IMG/VR virus record: IMGVR_UViG_3300005758_000037
Span: 1 to 64,000 of that record
Reading direction: 5' to 3' (one strand)
Length of the DNA stretch: 64,000 nucleotides
From: a virus
This document shows, in pieces, positions 63,419 to 64,000 of this stretch (its first letter is position 1; each line of letters begins with the position of its first letter). The notes under the pieces are model-generated. The model did not search any database, was not told the DNA's origin, and was given only the letters and a program-made list of their open reading frames with translations. The position numbers were made by a program, and so were the translations under genes.

Positions 63419-63931
63419 ATGTTCTGGAAAATCGCTATAGTTGTTTTCATTGGTTGGGCACTCGTTGACTACAATCAAACTGTCAACGAAGAGCGTTTAA
63501 AGCGACAATCTATCGAGCGAGAATTTAAAGAAAGAGAAAAGCAGTGCATTGTAGATGCTTTGTATCATGAAGCTCGTGGTGAAGGTGAGTTTGGTATGAA
63601 AGCTGTAGCAAATGTAATTCACAATCGCTATGAGCATCCTGCCTTTCCCAATACCTATTGTGGTATAATCAACCAGCGTAAACAGTTCAGTTATACGCTG
63701 GAAAATAAACCGCAGGGTGGCATGCTCAAGGCATTGCACCGTGATCGTCAAGCGTATAAAACCGCAGAACAAATTGCCGATGAAATGCTAGAAGGTAATT
63801 TCCAAAAGTTTCTACCATCTACTGTTTTGTGGTATACTACGAACAAGGTTAAAAATTATTGGACTAAAACCAAAAAGGTTGTAGCTCAGATTGGCAACCA
63901 CAAGTTTTACTCTGATAAGGAAAAGAAATGA
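63419..63931 (+). CDS. membrane-anchored SleB-like cell-wall hydrolase
   Basis: ATG at 63419 after GGAG. N-terminal TM FWKIAIVVFIGWALV, then DALYHEARGEGEFGMKAVANVIHNRYEHPAFPNTYCGIINQRKQFSY (Hydrolase_2/SleB signature). Confidence 0.75.
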   Translation: MFWKIAIVVFIGWALVDYNQTVNEERLKRQSIEREFKEREKQCIVDALYHEARGEGEFGMKAVANVIHNRYEHPAFPNTYCGIINQRKQFSYTLENKPQGGMLKALHRDRQAYKTAEQIADEMLEGNFQKFLPSTVLWYTTNKVKNYWTKTKKVVAQIGNHKFYSDKEKK

Positions 63932-64000
63932 AAATTAATCCACAAGATCATCCTGACTATGTTGGTGGATGGATATGGACAGAGTTGGAAATTCGATGGA
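63928..64000 (+). CDS. 5' end of a further ORF (truncated by window)
   Basis: ATGA overlap with the previous stop. Open to the end of the window. Confidence 0.4.
   Translation, partial: MKINPQDHPDYVGGWIWTELEIRW

Noticed and set aside
1-64000. Lysogeny or integration module, host genes, or a prophage boundary
   Set aside because: No integrase, excisionase, CI/Cro-type repressor pair or att-like tRNA-fragment duplication was recognised. Every gene fits a phage structural, lysis, replication or early role. The window is treated as wholly phage and probably virulent, although the rest of the genome is unseen.

Overview
This 64-kb window reads as one contiguous stretch of a virulent-looking tailed dsDNA phage. 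It has lambda-style siphovirus morphogenesis genes and is AT-rich; I saw no integrase, repressor or obvious host genes. Layout: (1) 1-708, seven tandem tRNA genes on the + strand. (2) 0.9-32.2 kb, rightward structural and lysis block: small-terminase-like gene, HNH, large terminase, portal, a ~7-kb inserted fibre module (two fibre genes plus a Tfa-type chaperone), XkdF-type protease, scaffold, decoration protein, lambda-E-type capsid, a second HNH cassette, neck genes, tail tube, a G/GT chaperone pair that needs a +1 rather than -1 shift, tape measure, M/L-like proteins, a 1796-aa fused NlpC/P60-I-J tip protein, a third fibre, and holin / SAR-type endolysin / embedded spanins. (3) 32.2-55.5 kb, leftward replication and nucleotide block: thioredoxin, nrdA/nrdB separated by a homing-endonuclease gene, two NTP-pyrophosphohydrolase-like genes, exonucleases, an Endo VII-like gene, SLOG-like and GapR-like genes, SSB, a second tRNA island, family-B DNA polymerase, T7-type primase-helicase, RNA ligase and DNA ligase. 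The second tRNA island contains two non-canonical tRNA-like genes and a ~440-nt ORF-free structured region. (4) 55.7-64 kb, rightward early block: two CDA-fold deaminases, a kinase / ligase-like / metallophosphoesterase trio (a split Pnkp-like RNA-repair set), ThyX, an HU-like protein and a membrane-anchored SleB-like hydrolase. Six free-standing HNH-type nuclease genes and nine near-consensus extended -10 promoters are dispersed through the window. The most interesting items are the tRNA-like/ncRNA island (45.27-45.91 kb), the promoter-then-terminator units in front of the fibre and lysis modules, the +1 tail-chaperone frameshift window, and the split RNA-repair cassette. All functional calls come from motifs and synteny read by eye; no database search or folding program was available.
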